Of a stretch of DNA of 32,000 nt, positions 7,906-16,087 are shown one piece after another (positions within the stretch are counted from its first letter, which is position 1; each line of letters begins with the position of its first letter). The stretch comes from Candidatus Peribacter riflensis. GTDB taxonomy: Bacteria; Patescibacteriota; Gracilibacteria; Peribacterales; Peribacteraceae. The notes beneath the pieces are model-generated. The model made no database searches and was not told where the DNA came from. It saw nothing but the letters and a program-made list of their open reading frames with translations. Location: positions 30,001 to 62,000 of the forward strand of contig CP013062.1 of the NCBI GenBank assembly GCA_001430755.1, read 5' to 3'. A program made the translations under genes and the position numbers.

Positions 7906-9102
7906 ATGAAAAAAATCGTCCCTGCCACCGTCGCGCTTTACATCGCGCTGGCGATGCTCGGCATGTGGTTCCTGCCTTCCATTCGCAGCACACAAGATAT
8001 TGGGGTCTATAGAGGTATTGGTGAAATGGCATCAAAACAGATCGCAGGAGAGCAAGTTGAATTACGGAGCGAGTATCCACCATTGATGACGACAATATTC
8101 TGGGGCATGCTCAATAGTCCTTGGCACGATTCCTTTGCTTCTGCATGGTTACTGTTTCTCTTCCTTGCGCTTGCCGGAGCAGGGCTGTATCTCTGGTTCA
8201 TTGCGAGAGAGGAGGCAGCCATTTTTCTCCTTGCCACCGTCCTATCCATTTTCCTGCTCGGACAGGCGGTCTTCTTTGCGCGCAACGACATGCTGGTGAT
8301 GATCCCACTGTATCTTTCCTGGAGAGCGCATATACGCAAGCTCCCTGCCTCTGGCGCTTTCTTCCTGATAATTGCGGGGGCGCTCAAGTTCATTCCATTT
8401 CTCCTTCTTCCTCTCTCGTTTCTCTCCGTTGCCCGCCTCCAAAGAAAGCAGTGGCTCAGTGGTGCACTCTTGGCTGCCTTTCTCTGTCTTGCTCTGCCCC
8501 TGGCCATTCTGAGCCCGCAGGGCACTATTGAAAATGTTCATCATGTATTCACATACCACGGTTCCCGCACGTTCCAGGCCGAGAGTGTTTGGTCGAGCAC
8601 AGATATGCTCATCCGTCGTGCGTTTTTGGGTGAAAAGGCCAAGATTGGGATGGATCATATGGCATATCACAATCATGACCTCCCAGTTTGGGCAGCTCAC
8701 GCAGCACTTCTCATTATGATCATTGGCATAGTCCTGCTGACTGCGCGTGCATGGTTACGGTCCCAGAAGAAAGGGTGGAACAATAGAGAGGAATATTTGC
8801 TGCTGCTGCTCTGGATCCTCCTCACCAGCTCTATTCTGTCCCCGCAGTATTTTGTGTGGCTGCTGCCCTTATTGGTGGCATGGGGCGTAGATACCTGCAT
8901 CCATGATGAACTTCGTCTGCGCCAGGGGCTGATCATGCTGAGTACGGTCATCATCGGGTTCTCGACACAGCTCATCATGAAAGAGGCCATGTCGGCACAA
9001 TCGCTTCTGCTCGTTTCCCTCCTCAATCTGCGTGCTGCAGTAATGGTCTGCCTCTTTCTGTTGTTGTTCTACTCAACGCGCCAGCGGGTCAGTAAGCATT
9101 GA
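7906..9102 (+). CDS. polytopic membrane protein, GT87/DUF2029-like glycosyltransferase candidate
   Basis: 398 aa with about 10 TM segments. The first loop has LRSEYPPLMTTIFWGM (the Y-P-P-L motif seen in DUF2029/GT87-type GT-C proteins). The family call is weak. Confidence 0.55.
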   Translation: MKKIVPATVALYIALAMLGMWFLPSIRSTQDIGVYRGIGEMASKQIAGEQVELRSEYPPLMTTIFWGMLNSPWHDSFASAWLLFLFLALAGAGLYLWFIAREEAAIFLLATVLSIFLLGQAVFFARNDMLVMIPLYLSWRAHIRKLPASGAFFLIIAGALKFIPFLLLPLSFLSVARLQRKQWLSGALLAAFLCLALPLAILSPQGTIENVHHVFTYHGSRTFQAESVWSSTDMLIRRAFLGEKAKIGMDHMAYHNHDLPVWAAHAALLIMIIGIVLLTARAWLRSQKKGWNNREEYLLLLLWILLTSSILSPQYFVWLLPLLVAWGVDTCIHDELRLRQGLIMLSTVIIGFSTQLIMKEAMSAQSLLLVSLLNLRAAVMVCLFLLLFYSTRQRVSKH

Positions 9103-9129
9103 TAACGGGAGATAGGTTTAGGGACCAAT

Positions 9130-10581
9130 CTATGTGCAGTGCGGCTGATCGGTGAGCAGAATGGTCCCCCATGGCGTTTTTTCCACAACAGGTGATTCCC
9201 GTATCCATCGCTCTCTCATTTCCTTCGTCATAGCGCCTTCCAGCCGCCCTTCCAGGAGGATGGTGCAGGCCTTCTCTCGCATGGACTCGAATGCGGCATT
9301 GGTATGTGGTATCTGCGGTACTGGAGGACGGAGGTAAACATCCCGTAATTCCGGCATGAGGTCTTTTCCCGCCAGTACTGCATGAATGGGCTGGGCGGAA
9401 AGCAGGGGCCCGGGGAGCGACCGGAGCCGCTCGATGAAGGCGGGATAATCCGGGTGGCGGTTCCCGTTCCACTCTCCGAGCAGCGAAGGGAGGACGATCC
9501 AGAGGTGCACACTCACGAGCAGCATGCTCCCGAAGATGGGGATGACGCGTGCCAAAGCCATTTCTTGTCCGATTTCCTGCAGGATGAGCGTAAGACAGAG
9601 AATGCCAAAGGCGAATGCAGGTCCGGCAAGGGACAGATAATGGGGGTAGTAATTGGATGAAAGGAAAAGGGCGAGGGCGATGATGAGGAGCATCGCAACC
9701 GCCAGTGGCCGCACCTGGCGGAGAATGGCAACAGCGCCCAGGAGTGCAGAGATGCTGAGTACGTACAGAAGGCTGTCCCTTTCTGCATGAAAGAGCTCGA
9801 AGATTCGGAAAATGGAACGCCCTCCCGAGCGCGTGAACTGTTCGTAGATAACCTGCTGAAAGGCTTGTGGTATCAGCAGGAAATACAGGGCAATGGCAAA
9901 GAATGCAATGAGAACGATCCTGCCTGTGTTTTTCAGGTCAGAGAGCCGGCGTACGTTAACCTTCTGCCAGAGCGACAGGACAACAGAGAGAACGATGATG
10001 TTGAGGAGTGCGGGGAGGAAGAGGAATCCCGAAAGAACGGCAAGAACGATTTGCACCCAGAAGGCCCAGCGTGCCTCGGGATGGAGCAACCGGCAATACA
10101 GGAACAGGATGAGGAACACATTCGCAAGCTGGCGGATGGCAAGAAAACGGAAATCGTGATGTACCATTTCGTGGAATGACAGGTACAGCACCAGTGCGGG
10201 GAGAGGCGCGAAACGGCTTCCACTTACTTTTTTAAAAACGACGTAGAGGGGGACAATGGAGATACAGTTGAAGGCGAGAAACATCATGCGCAAAACAGAC
10301 ATTTGCCCAAAAATCTTGAGCCCCATGCCGATAAGCAGGGGCAGGAGCGGCATGTGCCAGAATGGAAAATCTTTATGTGGAAGGAGGCCCCCTACAATCA
10401 TTCTTCCGGCCTCTGAGTAGACTCCTTCATCCGTTCCCTGTTGTACTGCCAGAGGGAGAAATCGTGCCTGCAGGACAAAAAATACGAGGGCGAGAACAGC
10501 TGGTATCCAGAGATCTGCGCAACGAGGTGGGTGAATGGACTGTGCAGCCATCAGTAGGCGAAAACGAGCCTGAGTAGGCAT
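9130..10581 (-). CDS. PMT_2/ArnT-like GT-C glycosyltransferase
   Basis: 483 aa and polytopic. The first extracytoplasmic loop has TDEGVYSEAGRMIVGGLLPHKDFPFWHMPLLPLLIG (the D-E-x-x-Y motif of the ArnT/PMT_2 family). Its ATG immediately follows the TAA of the upstream gene (10582-10584). Confidence 0.72.
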   Translation of the reverse strand: MPTQARFRLLMAAQSIHPPRCADLWIPAVLALVFFVLQARFLPLAVQQGTDEGVYSEAGRMIVGGLLPHKDFPFWHMPLLPLLIGMGLKIFGQMSVLRMMFLAFNCISIVPLYVVFKKVSGSRFAPLPALVLYLSFHEMVHHDFRFLAIRQLANVFLILFLYCRLLHPEARWAFWVQIVLAVLSGFLFLPALLNIIVLSVVLSLWQKVNVRRLSDLKNTGRIVLIAFFAIALYFLLIPQAFQQVIYEQFTRSGGRSIFRIFELFHAERDSLLYVLSISALLGAVAILRQVRPLAVAMLLIIALALFLSSNYYPHYLSLAGPAFAFGILCLTLILQEIGQEMALARVIPIFGSMLLVSVHLWIVLPSLLGEWNGNRHPDYPAFIERLRSLPGPLLSAQPIHAVLAGKDLMPELRDVYLRPPVPQIPHTNAAFESMREKACTILLEGRLEGAMTKEMRERWIRESPVVEKTPWGTILLTDQPHCT

Positions 10582-12414
10582 TTAGGATGAGAAAAAGCCA
10601 AGCAGCACGACAAATATCGCCGAGAGCGATGAAAGCGCGAGGGAGAGATAGGTTCCGAGCGGCCTGAGCGATTTCGGTCCGGAGCGGATGCCCCACACCA
10701 GGTAGAACACGAGCGGGGGAACGGCTGCGAGAGAGAATCTGAAATCCTGGTTTGCGGAGAAGGGGGCGAAAATGCGGTAGAAGAAATGGGAACCCAATGT
10801 GAAGATGATGACCAGCCCCAAGGGGAAAACCATGTGTGAGTATTGCAGGGTGAGGCGCAGAATGCCGTAGAAGAGGAAAGGCAGCAGCGTCAGTGCGCAG
10901 GCAAGGATGAGTACTGCAATCGCTCTCTGTTCATCAGGGTAGGAAAATTCACCGAAGAATGCCGAACGGAAGAAATACTCCCAGAAAAATTCACGCGGTG
11001 AAGTGTCTTTCCAGGGATTGGCGTAGGGAGCCCCAAGAACGCGTATGGGGTTGAAGGTCAAAAATGTCCGCGCATCGGTTGAAACAGCGAGCTTGGCATT
11101 CATGGATTGACTGTTGAAGGTCAGACTGTTCGTCGGGTTTTTCTCGGTGACGAGACGTACGACGGGCAGCCAGCCGGCGAGGAGGAGCAGCAGGACAACA
11201 GAGAGCACGGATTGGCGGAATGTATTGCTCCAGGAGATTCCATCATGGAACAGGAGTGAAAAACCGATCACAGGCACGAAGACGAGGGCACTGACGCGTG
11301 TCACAAATGCGAGGGCCAGCACGCAAATCAACAGGTACCAGGCGCGGGGGGTGGGCTTTTTCCACCAGCGGATGAGGAGGGCTATGAACAGAAAGACGAG
11401 GAGAATGTAGAGACTGTTGTTATTGATGCTCACGGAGTGATAGACGAGCGACGGGAATGAGGCGACGAGGCAGGCGAAGAGCATGCGTTCTGTTTTTTCC
11501 TTTTGTTTGAAGAGAAGAGTGCCGATCCATATCCCTACCACAAGGGCAGCAATCGAAAACAGCAGGGATTGAAAGTGGATCATGCGCGCAATCGTTTCTT
11601 TGGCGATACCCAATACCTGCCCCGTTTTGACCCATAGTGCAGAGAGAAAGTAGTAGAGCGGGGCCTGATGGAATTCCCATCCCTCACTGGCGAGAGGGAT
11701 CTTCCAGTGCGAAGCGACATAAGTGACGTAATCCAAATGTGCCTGCATGTCGTGTCCACGGGTGGTATAGGGCGTGATGACGAAGTAGAAGACCCGCAGC
11801 AGTCCTCCGCCGATGCCGATCAACCAGAGGGGGCGGGAGGCGGACGTGCGGAGAACAGGCCAGAGCAGGGCGAGCACATAGAGGATCGCAAGGAGGAGGG
11901 GGCCCAGATTCAGCAGTACGAATGGAACGGTGGTGTAGTGCGGTGTGATACGGATGCCGGCTTTGCCGCCGGTATCTTTGAGGCGAATCAGGAAAGCGTT
12001 CTCTCCTTTTTTGAGGGTGTCCGACAGATCGAGCGAGCGGCCGAATGTGGAGTAATCGCAGTACTTCGCGATATCTGCTGACACGGATTTTCCGTTGATG
12101 GACATGGTTTCGATGCAGTCATCCGGTTTGATTTTGAACGTGGTGGGTTGGCCAGCAGGGAGAAACACAGAAAAGCGGATGTAGAGGTATTTTCCCTCTG
12201 ATTTCACGAAGAGAGGGTTCGTGCCTGTATGCATCTCTTTGCCGTCGAAGCGGTAGGCGATCTCGCCGACACGCGGCAGCAGCGAGGAGCGCAGGGCGAA
12301 CAGAGCGGGCAGGAGAATGACGAACGCGATTGTCAGCCAGAAGGCCGGGCGCTTGAGCAGCCCTCTCCGTTTCTGGGGTGTGGGCCGTGAGGGTTTTTTG
12401 GTGCGGGGGGCCAT
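10582..12414 (-). CDS. PMT_2-like GT-C glycosyltransferase with N-terminal anchored beta-rich ectodomain (paralogue 1)
   Basis: 610 aa. Layout: basic N-tail, TM segment, ~120-aa domain (DDCIETMSINGKSV...KYCDY..GRSLDL), then a polytopic core. Core motifs are GHDMQAHLDYVTYV...WEFHQAPLYYFL, KEKTER, NPWKD..REFFWEYFFRSAFFGEF and QDFRFSL. Confidence 0.75.
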   Translation of the reverse strand: MAPRTKKPSRPTPQKRRGLLKRPAFWLTIAFVILLPALFALRSSLLPRVGEIAYRFDGKEMHTGTNPLFVKSEGKYLYIRFSVFLPAGQPTTFKIKPDDCIETMSINGKSVSADIAKYCDYSTFGRSLDLSDTLKKGENAFLIRLKDTGGKAGIRITPHYTTVPFVLLNLGPLLLAILYVLALLWPVLRTSASRPLWLIGIGGGLLRVFYFVITPYTTRGHDMQAHLDYVTYVASHWKIPLASEGWEFHQAPLYYFLSALWVKTGQVLGIAKETIARMIHFQSLLFSIAALVVGIWIGTLLFKQKEKTERMLFACLVASFPSLVYHSVSINNNSLYILLVFLFIALLIRWWKKPTPRAWYLLICVLALAFVTRVSALVFVPVIGFSLLFHDGISWSNTFRQSVLSVVLLLLLAGWLPVVRLVTEKNPTNSLTFNSQSMNAKLAVSTDARTFLTFNPIRVLGAPYANPWKDTSPREFFWEYFFRSAFFGEFSYPDEQRAIAVLILACALTLLPFLFYGILRLTLQYSHMVFPLGLVIIFTLGSHFFYRIFAPFSANQDFRFSLAAVPPLVFYLVWGIRSGPKSLRPLGTYLSLALSSLSAIFVVLLGFFSS

Positions 12415-12418
12415 AATT

Positions 12419-14203
12419 CTAGAAGAGCACGATGATTCCCATCAGAAAGACAACCTGCAGTGCGATCCCCGTCAGCACGACGACCATCCCGACCGACTTG
12501 AGCAGCGGGGAGCGGAGAGAGCGTATTCCCTGAATGACAAAGAAGATGACAGGCAGGCTCAGAAGGAGCGAAAACCGGAAATCCTGTGCGCAGCTGTGCG
12601 GGGTGATGGCGCGGTGGAGGGCATGGCCGAGGAGCAGGAAGCCTGCCGTGCCCCAGACCGGCAGGGTGCGCCAGCCGTCCTTGCGGATGCTGACCCACGC
12701 TCCGTACACGGCGTACAGCAGAGCCAGGAACGCGCAGACAAGTACTGCTATTGCAAGGGGTTTGAGGGTTTCACCGAAATCGAATTCGCCGAAGAATGCG
12801 GACTTGAAGAAGTACTCCCAGAAGTACTGGCGGCCTGCACCATCGTCCCAGGGATTATTGTAGGGACGAAGTGCCATGCGCAGCGGATTGAATTCAGTGA
12901 AGGTTTCGATGGTGTTCTGCACGTAGAGGCCGGAGCTCAAATTGCCGGTGTTCACGACGAGCGGCTGGCTCAGCGAGGCGCCGTTGCGCAGGGTGAAGAT
13001 CCAGCCGACCAAGAGGGTGAGCAGGAGCAGGCTCAGCGCGCCGGTGAGTGCCTTTGTCTTGAGGGGGAGGCGGCGTCTGCAGACGAGCAGCAGGAAGACA
13101 GGGGGGAGGAGCAGCAGGGCATTCGTCTTGGACAGGATGGCGAGGGCCAGTAGCAGAAGCGAGAGCCACCAGTGCCGCCACCGCCCGGTCTGCCACCACT
13201 TCAGCAGGAAGGCGAAGCAGAACACCTCCATGAGTAGGAGGAACACGTCGTTATTCACACGCGCAGAGACGAACACGATGCTCGGCAGTACGGCCGCCGA
13301 GGCCAAAAAGAGTATGCGTTCAGTTTTTTCTTTGCGGGCGAAGAGCAACGTCGCGATCCAGGCCATGCCGGCGAGTGCCAGAACGGAAGAGAAGAGGGCG
13401 ATCCACTGGATGTCCCGTGTCAGGAGCGGGAGCGCCCGTCCCATCTCCATTCCCGCACGCATCCAGAGACCGGTCACGATGTAGTAGAGGGGAGCCTGAT
13501 AGAATTCCCATCCGTCCCGGATGGCAGGCAGCGCCAGGTGCTCCGCCACGTAACGGGTGTACTCCAGATGTCCGTCGGCGTCGTAGGCGCGGATCTCGTA
13601 GGAGGTGGCGAAAACGTAGACTAAGCGCAGCAGTACGCCGAATGAGAATGTGCCGAGGAGAAGGTTTTGCACCTTCGAGAGCGCGAACCCCTTCATGAAG
13701 AGGAAAGTGCTCAGCAGGATGCCGAGCACGAGCAGAATGCGCAGGGTGAGGAGCAGGGGATCCAGCCACGAGATGCGCCAGTTGAAGGAGGCGGGTCCCC
13801 CGACGTTCTGAATGGTCATGGAAACCTTGTTGGGTCCCGCGTGGAGCACGCGCTTCAGGTCGAGTGTCCTGCCCCGCGCATAATCGCAGAAGGGCACGAT
13901 ATCCTGACCCACTGCCTGGGCATTGATTTCGAGCTTCTCGACGCAGTCATCGGCGATGAGCTGGTGGGAAGTGGCGTGAAGGTTCCGTAAGACCAAGTTG
14001 AATTCAACATCAATCAACTGCGTCCCATCCGCAGGGGGCAGTGTGCCGGCGTACGGTTGCCAGGCCCCGTTGGGAACCACGCGATAGATCCCTTCGGTGA
14101 TGCGGGGGATGAGCTCGCGGGATACAGCTGCATAGCCAGCGACGGACAGGAGCAGCACAACTGCACCGAGCGTAACCAGAAGAGGAGATGTTCTCGACGA
14201 CAT
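12419..14203 (-). CDS. PMT_2-like GT-C glycosyltransferase with N-terminal anchored beta-rich ectodomain (paralogue 2)
   Basis: 594 aa with the same architecture and motifs as 10582-12414: DDCVEKLEINAQAV...PFCDY..GRTLDL, DADGHLEYTRYV...WEFYQAPLYYIV, KEKTER, NPWDD..RQYFWEYFFKSAFFGEF and QDFRFSL. Confidence 0.75.
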   Translation of the reverse strand: MSSRTSPLLVTLGAVVLLLSVAGYAAVSRELIPRITEGIYRVVPNGAWQPYAGTLPPADGTQLIDVEFNLVLRNLHATSHQLIADDCVEKLEINAQAVGQDIVPFCDYARGRTLDLKRVLHAGPNKVSMTIQNVGGPASFNWRISWLDPLLLTLRILLVLGILLSTFLFMKGFALSKVQNLLLGTFSFGVLLRLVYVFATSYEIRAYDADGHLEYTRYVAEHLALPAIRDGWEFYQAPLYYIVTGLWMRAGMEMGRALPLLTRDIQWIALFSSVLALAGMAWIATLLFARKEKTERILFLASAAVLPSIVFVSARVNNDVFLLLMEVFCFAFLLKWWQTGRWRHWWLSLLLLALAILSKTNALLLLPPVFLLLVCRRRLPLKTKALTGALSLLLLTLLVGWIFTLRNGASLSQPLVVNTGNLSSGLYVQNTIETFTEFNPLRMALRPYNNPWDDGAGRQYFWEYFFKSAFFGEFDFGETLKPLAIAVLVCAFLALLYAVYGAWVSIRKDGWRTLPVWGTAGFLLLGHALHRAITPHSCAQDFRFSLLLSLPVIFFVIQGIRSLRSPLLKSVGMVVVLTGIALQVVFLMGIIVLF

Positions 14204-14208
14204 TCAGG

Positions 14209-14239
14209 CGGAGATCCCGTCCATCATAACGGATCTCCG
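14209..14239. other. intercistronic hairpin (9-bp stem, 13-nt loop)
   Basis: cggagatcc (14209-14217) pairs with ggatctccg (14231-14239). It lies in the 55-nt gap between the epimerase stop and the ATG at 14203. Confidence 0.3.
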
Positions 14240-14258
14240 TCTTTGGGAACACCCTCAC

Positions 14259-15296
14259 TCACGAGAGCCACTTCAGTAACCGGATTACCCCCATCTTCGC
14301 CGGTTGTCGGTGCGCCGAAGCGTGCGCGCGGTGTTTGAGCTCTTCGCGATGCAGAGCGAAATATTCGTAGGCCCTCCACAGCATTTCTTCATTCTTGAGC
14401 GTAGGTCGCCACGACAGCATGCGCTTGATCTTGCTCGTATCGAACTCGAAGCTCTCGGCGATCATCTTGTAGTGGTAGGGGCCGAGCGGGGAACACCCCA
14501 ACCAGTAGGCGATGCGCATGGCCAGCAGCGTGGGGAGCTTGGGGAGCGAGGCGATGCGTGCGCCGGTGCCCGCTTTTTTCACGACGTAGTCGTACACGTC
14601 CCGGAGCGACTTCACGTCATCTGAGCCGATGTGAAACGTTTCTGAGGAGGTGAGCGAGAGGGATTGGAGGCAGGCATCGACGAGATCACCGGCATAAATG
14701 AACTGGTAGCGGTTATCCCCCTTCCCCACCACCCAGACCTTGCGTCCGTCGGCGATGAATTCGAAGAGGATCGCCAGCAGCCCCAGCCGCTCGGCATCCA
14801 TGATGGTCGGGCAGCGGATGGTCGTGATGTGCAGATGATCGCGGTAGGGCTCCAGCACCTTCTCTCCTTCCCACTTGGATCGGCCGTAGAGCTCGATGGG
14901 ATGCGGAGGATCCGCTTCGGTGATCGGGCGCCCCATGCTCTCGCCCCACAGGCAATTGGACGAGATATAGACCATGGATTTCACGCCGTGGCGGGCCGCG
15001 GCCTCGGCGACGTTCTTCGTCCCGTCCACGTTCGACGTCCAGAGAAAACTTTTGTCCGGTGAGCCATGGGCGAGGATGGCGGCACAGTGGAAAACGGCGT
15101 CGAAGTGGTGCGCGCTCAACGTGGCTTCCAGAAGAGCTTTGTCGCGAATATCCCCCCGTATGCTGGTCAGCTGCGGATGGGTGTCTGTGTCTTCGACCAG
15201 ATCGAGGTTCACGCACTGCCATCCCTGTTTCAGGAGGTGACGTTTGAAAAGCCCCCCGAAGAATCCCGATCCACCGGTGATGAGCGCGGATGGCAC
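14259..15296 (-). CDS. NAD-dependent epimerase/dehydratase (extended SDR)
   Basis: Motifs ALITGGSGFFGG (Rossmann), YISSNCLWG and YGRSKWEGEK (YxxxK). The ORF track starts at GTG 15341. I prefer GTG 15296 (MPSALITGG...) because TACACT (15308->15303) lies exactly 6 nt upstream. Start uncertain. Confidence 0.85.
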   Translation of the reverse strand: MPSALITGGSGFFGGLFKRHLLKQGWQCVNLDLVEDTDTHPQLTSIRGDIRDKALLEATLSAHHFDAVFHCAAILAHGSPDKSFLWTSNVDGTKNVAEAAARHGVKSMVYISSNCLWGESMGRPITEADPPHPIELYGRSKWEGEKVLEPYRDHLHITTIRCPTIMDAERLGLLAILFEFIADGRKVWVVGKGDNRYQFIYAGDLVDACLQSLSLTSSETFHIGSDDVKSLRDVYDYVVKKAGTGARIASLPKLPTLLAMRIAYWLGCSPLGPYHYKMIAESFEFDTSKIKRMLSWRPTLKNEEMLWRAYEYFALHREELKHRAHASAHRQPAKMGVIRLLKWLS

Positions 15297-15302
15297 GCCG
15301 CC

Positions 15303-15308
15303 AGTGTA
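15303..15308 (-). promoter_or_regulatory. -10-like TACACT, 6 nt upstream of GTG 15296 (leaderless geometry)
   Basis: Minus strand reads gggcTACACTggcggcGTG. Hexamer end + 7 nt = 15296. Confidence 0.35.
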
Positions 15309-15370
15309 GCCCGGGCAGGAACGCGGATCCACAACCCCCACTTTTCTTGCGCACTCCGGCTTTCTCTCGT

Positions 15371-15376
15371 TAGAGT
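15371..15376 (+). promoter_or_regulatory. -10-like TAGAGT, 6 nt upstream of ATG 15383 (leaderless geometry)
   Basis: cgtTAGAGTgcctctATG. Hexamer end + 7 nt = 15383. Confidence 0.35.
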
Positions 15377-15382
15377 GCCTCT

Positions 15383-16084
15383 ATGCGTCTTTCCATCGTG
15401 CTGCCCTGCTACAACGAGGAGCACAACATCGAAGGCACTCTGACCGATCTGAGGGCGTGGGCGGCGAAGGAGGGAGTGGAAATGGAGATCGTTGCAGTGG
15501 ACGACGGATCCGCGGATGGCACGTGGAACATTCTTCAGAACATAAACGCACAGGGAGCCACTCCCATGAAATGCGTGCGCCATGAGCGGAATCTCGGCTA
15601 CGGAAGCGCCGTCCGAGCCGGATGTGACGTGGCGACCATGGACTATGTCGGCTTCATGGATAGTGACGGGCAATTCCATGCCGAGGACTGGAGTCAGCTC
15701 ATTCCGCACCTGCAGGAATTTCAGTTCGTGACGGGTCGCCGTCTCCAGCGCGCCGACCCCTTCATCCGCAAGGTGAATGCCAAGCTCTTCGGGTTCCTCA
15801 CATTTCTCGTGCTCGGCGTGTGGGTGCGCGATCTCAACTGCGCCATGAAGGTATGGAGGCGGGATCTGTGGCCGCGCATCCGTCCGGTCCACTCCACGGG
15901 AGCGCTCTTCAATGCCGAGATGTTCTATCGCCTGCGCGGTCTGGGGATTCCCTGGAAACAGGTTCCTGTGCACCACTACCCGCGGCTCAAGGGAGTGCAG
16001 ACGGGGGCGAACCTCCGCGTCATTCTCTGCATGTTCCGCGATCTGCTCGCCCTCAGGCGGTCAGGCCCTGCGGCGCGTCAGTGA
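15383..16084 (+). CDS. GT2 polyprenyl-phosphate glycosyltransferase (Dpm1/GtrB-like)
   Basis: 233 aa. GT2 signatures: MRLSIVLPCYNEE, VAVDDGSADGT, FMDSDGQFHAEDW and VPVHHYPRLKG. Confidence 0.88.
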   Translation: MRLSIVLPCYNEEHNIEGTLTDLRAWAAKEGVEMEIVAVDDGSADGTWNILQNINAQGATPMKCVRHERNLGYGSAVRAGCDVATMDYVGFMDSDGQFHAEDWSQLIPHLQEFQFVTGRRLQRADPFIRKVNAKLFGFLTFLVLGVWVRDLNCAMKVWRRDLWPRIRPVHSTGALFNAEMFYRLRGLGIPWKQVPVHHYPRLKGVQTGANLRVILCMFRDLLALRRSGPAARQ

Positions 16085-16087
16085 GGC

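Noticed and set aside
12317-13153. 278-aa + strand ORF, together with similar long antisense ORFs at 731-1579, 15230-15976, 17992-18888, 26116-27057, 28020-28988 and 29529-30239
   Set aside because: All lie opposite genes with clear family motifs. Their translations are Arg/Gly/Asp/Glu/His-rich without hydrophobic periodicity, as expected for open antisense frames in GC-rich DNA.
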